From positions 9,858,001-9,922,000 of the forward strand of contig NC_088859.1 of the NCBI RefSeq assembly GCF_963853765.1: DNA of 64,000 bases, read 5' to 3'. The DNA is from Magallana gigas. Its lineage: Eukaryota. Under the pieces are notes generated by a model. That model saw nothing but the letters and a program-made list of their open reading frames with translations, was not told the DNA's origin and ran no database searches. Each line of letters starts with the position of its first letter. The first letter of the stretch is position 1. Positions 62,411 to 64,000 of the stretch are shown here, in pieces. Both the position numbers and the translations under genes were made by a program.

Positions 62411-63271
62411 TCTATTCTACTATATTAAATAATACACTTGAATTTTTTGCCTTTAATACCAATACATATGTATTTTAAAAAAGAGTACTGTCGTTTGTTT
62501 TACATATTTTAAGCATTATTGTACTTGAAGATTACCAATTTGTTTTTATTTTTTTCAATCAAGCCTCGCTAATTAATAATAATAATTAAAAAAGTCAAAA
62601 AATTCCGGAAACCATCCAGATATTTTGGATTTTACAATCATGCGCATTACACTCACGCTTAATCCCGGGAGGCTTGTTAGTTTATGTTTCACAAATATCA
62701 CATTTGCATGGATAAGCTCAGAAACGATAATACAAATATGTGTAAATTTTCATTGGAAATTTACGATCTAATCTGTTCATCAAAGAAAATACGGGAGATA
62801 ACTCTAACACAGTGCATTTACTACGAGAAATCTCGAGAGTTTTGAATGTCAACATCGTGTGTTAATTGAAGCGATTTAAAAACGTTGAAAAGTGTTGAAT
62901 TCTTCAATAATAGAAAAAAATGTTCAGATGAAAAGTATTTACAGTCTTAAAATGGTTTATGAATAATTTGACAGTTATTTTTAATTCAACTTTATTAATT
63001 TTCTCCAAAATCGTTTCGGAGCAATTCTGGAATTTTCTGCTACAATACTAGTACATGGGCGATATTTTAAATCTGGCGAGGGCTTGTCCCGCGACACACT
63101 TCGATTATTCTAACTAAGCAATTAATTTAATATTAATTAATAGCATTATTGTAGGCTTTTATAAAGCTTGGTTATGTAAATGTCAACAATACGGTGTGTC
63201 GCTGTATCTATTTCGTAAATGTCCTATATCATGTACAGTGTTAACCCATGCACGCACGGGTCAAAGTCTAG
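62411..63271 (+). mobile_element. Non-autonomous Helitron, second copy of the 5173-6161 family
   Basis: A|TCTATTCTACTATATTAAA start, collinear internal blocks, and ACCCATGC-AC-GCACGGGT hairpin then CTAG|T. Confidence 0.88.
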
Positions 63272-64000
63272 TGTTCTTAAACAAAGCAACAACAAAAATA
63301 CTCAACTCGTATTATCAAATACCAGTCGTCTGACAATTATCAATTATCAATGTAAACGACAATGAAATATTTTTATGAACATAACAATGCCAATGAAAGT
63401 GATAAACTAACTAAAGTTACAGTTACAATTATTCATTTTTAAAGCACATGGATTGATTGCTGAAATATATCGCAAGCATTGCACACAACTGATAATTAGT
63501 ATCTGCATTTAATATGCATCACGATTGTTTAATTCCGTTCATTGAAATCCTAAAAGCCTGTTTGAAAACATGAGCTAGCTTAAAAATTCAATAAAACTGA
63601 CTTTCCCTACTGAATAATGCTTCACTTACGATTTGTATCATATTATTTCTTTTTATTAATTTGTATAATGAAATCAATTCAAACGGTCATAAAAGGAAAT
63701 AGTTTTTAATCAAAAGTGATTGCTATAGTTCGATAATTTATCTATTATGAATGATTAAATGCTAATTAAGTTATCGACAGATGTATAATTTACGCACAAA
63801 ACATTGTTTGATTATAAGGTTTTAGAGGGATGTCTTTACTTAGTATTAACAGTTTTTTAGTGTCAATGCAAATTAGTATGTTGTTCAATCAGGGTGACGA
63901 CTACACTTGCAAAAAAATTACCACTTGATTTAGAAGGTTATTCACAAAAGCCTATAATAATAAATAGATCGAATTTTCAAGATTTGTCTGATTTCAATTT

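Overview
AT-rich eukaryotic (spliceosomal GT-AG) genomic DNA. The gene and repeat content points to a bivalve mollusc, probably an oyster; this is inference, not a database match. There are no prokaryotic features and no CRISPR array. Genes reconstructed by hand from splice sites and reading phase: a tandem array of three secreted single-domain C-type lectins on the minus strand (two intact, the middle one a pseudogene); a 6-exon BTB-BACK-Kelch gene; a single-coding-exon 918-aa CD20/MS4A-like four-TM protein head-to-head with PSMD10 (gankyrin); DNAL4 convergent with PSMD10; a secreted PAN-Cys-rich-Sushi-Sushi-C-type-lectin mosaic gene; and a 2-exon, about 1296-aa family-B-like GPCR with a Cys-rich repeat ectodomain and no visible GPS motif. 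Introns and intergenic DNA are dense in non-autonomous elements: Helentron/HINE, Helitron, Kolobok-type TTAA, Tc1/mariner, hAT and foldback elements, plus two Penelope-like fragments. One Penelope fragment carries a minimal hammerhead ribozyme. Several long near-perfect palindromes are also present. All coordinates were counted by eye.
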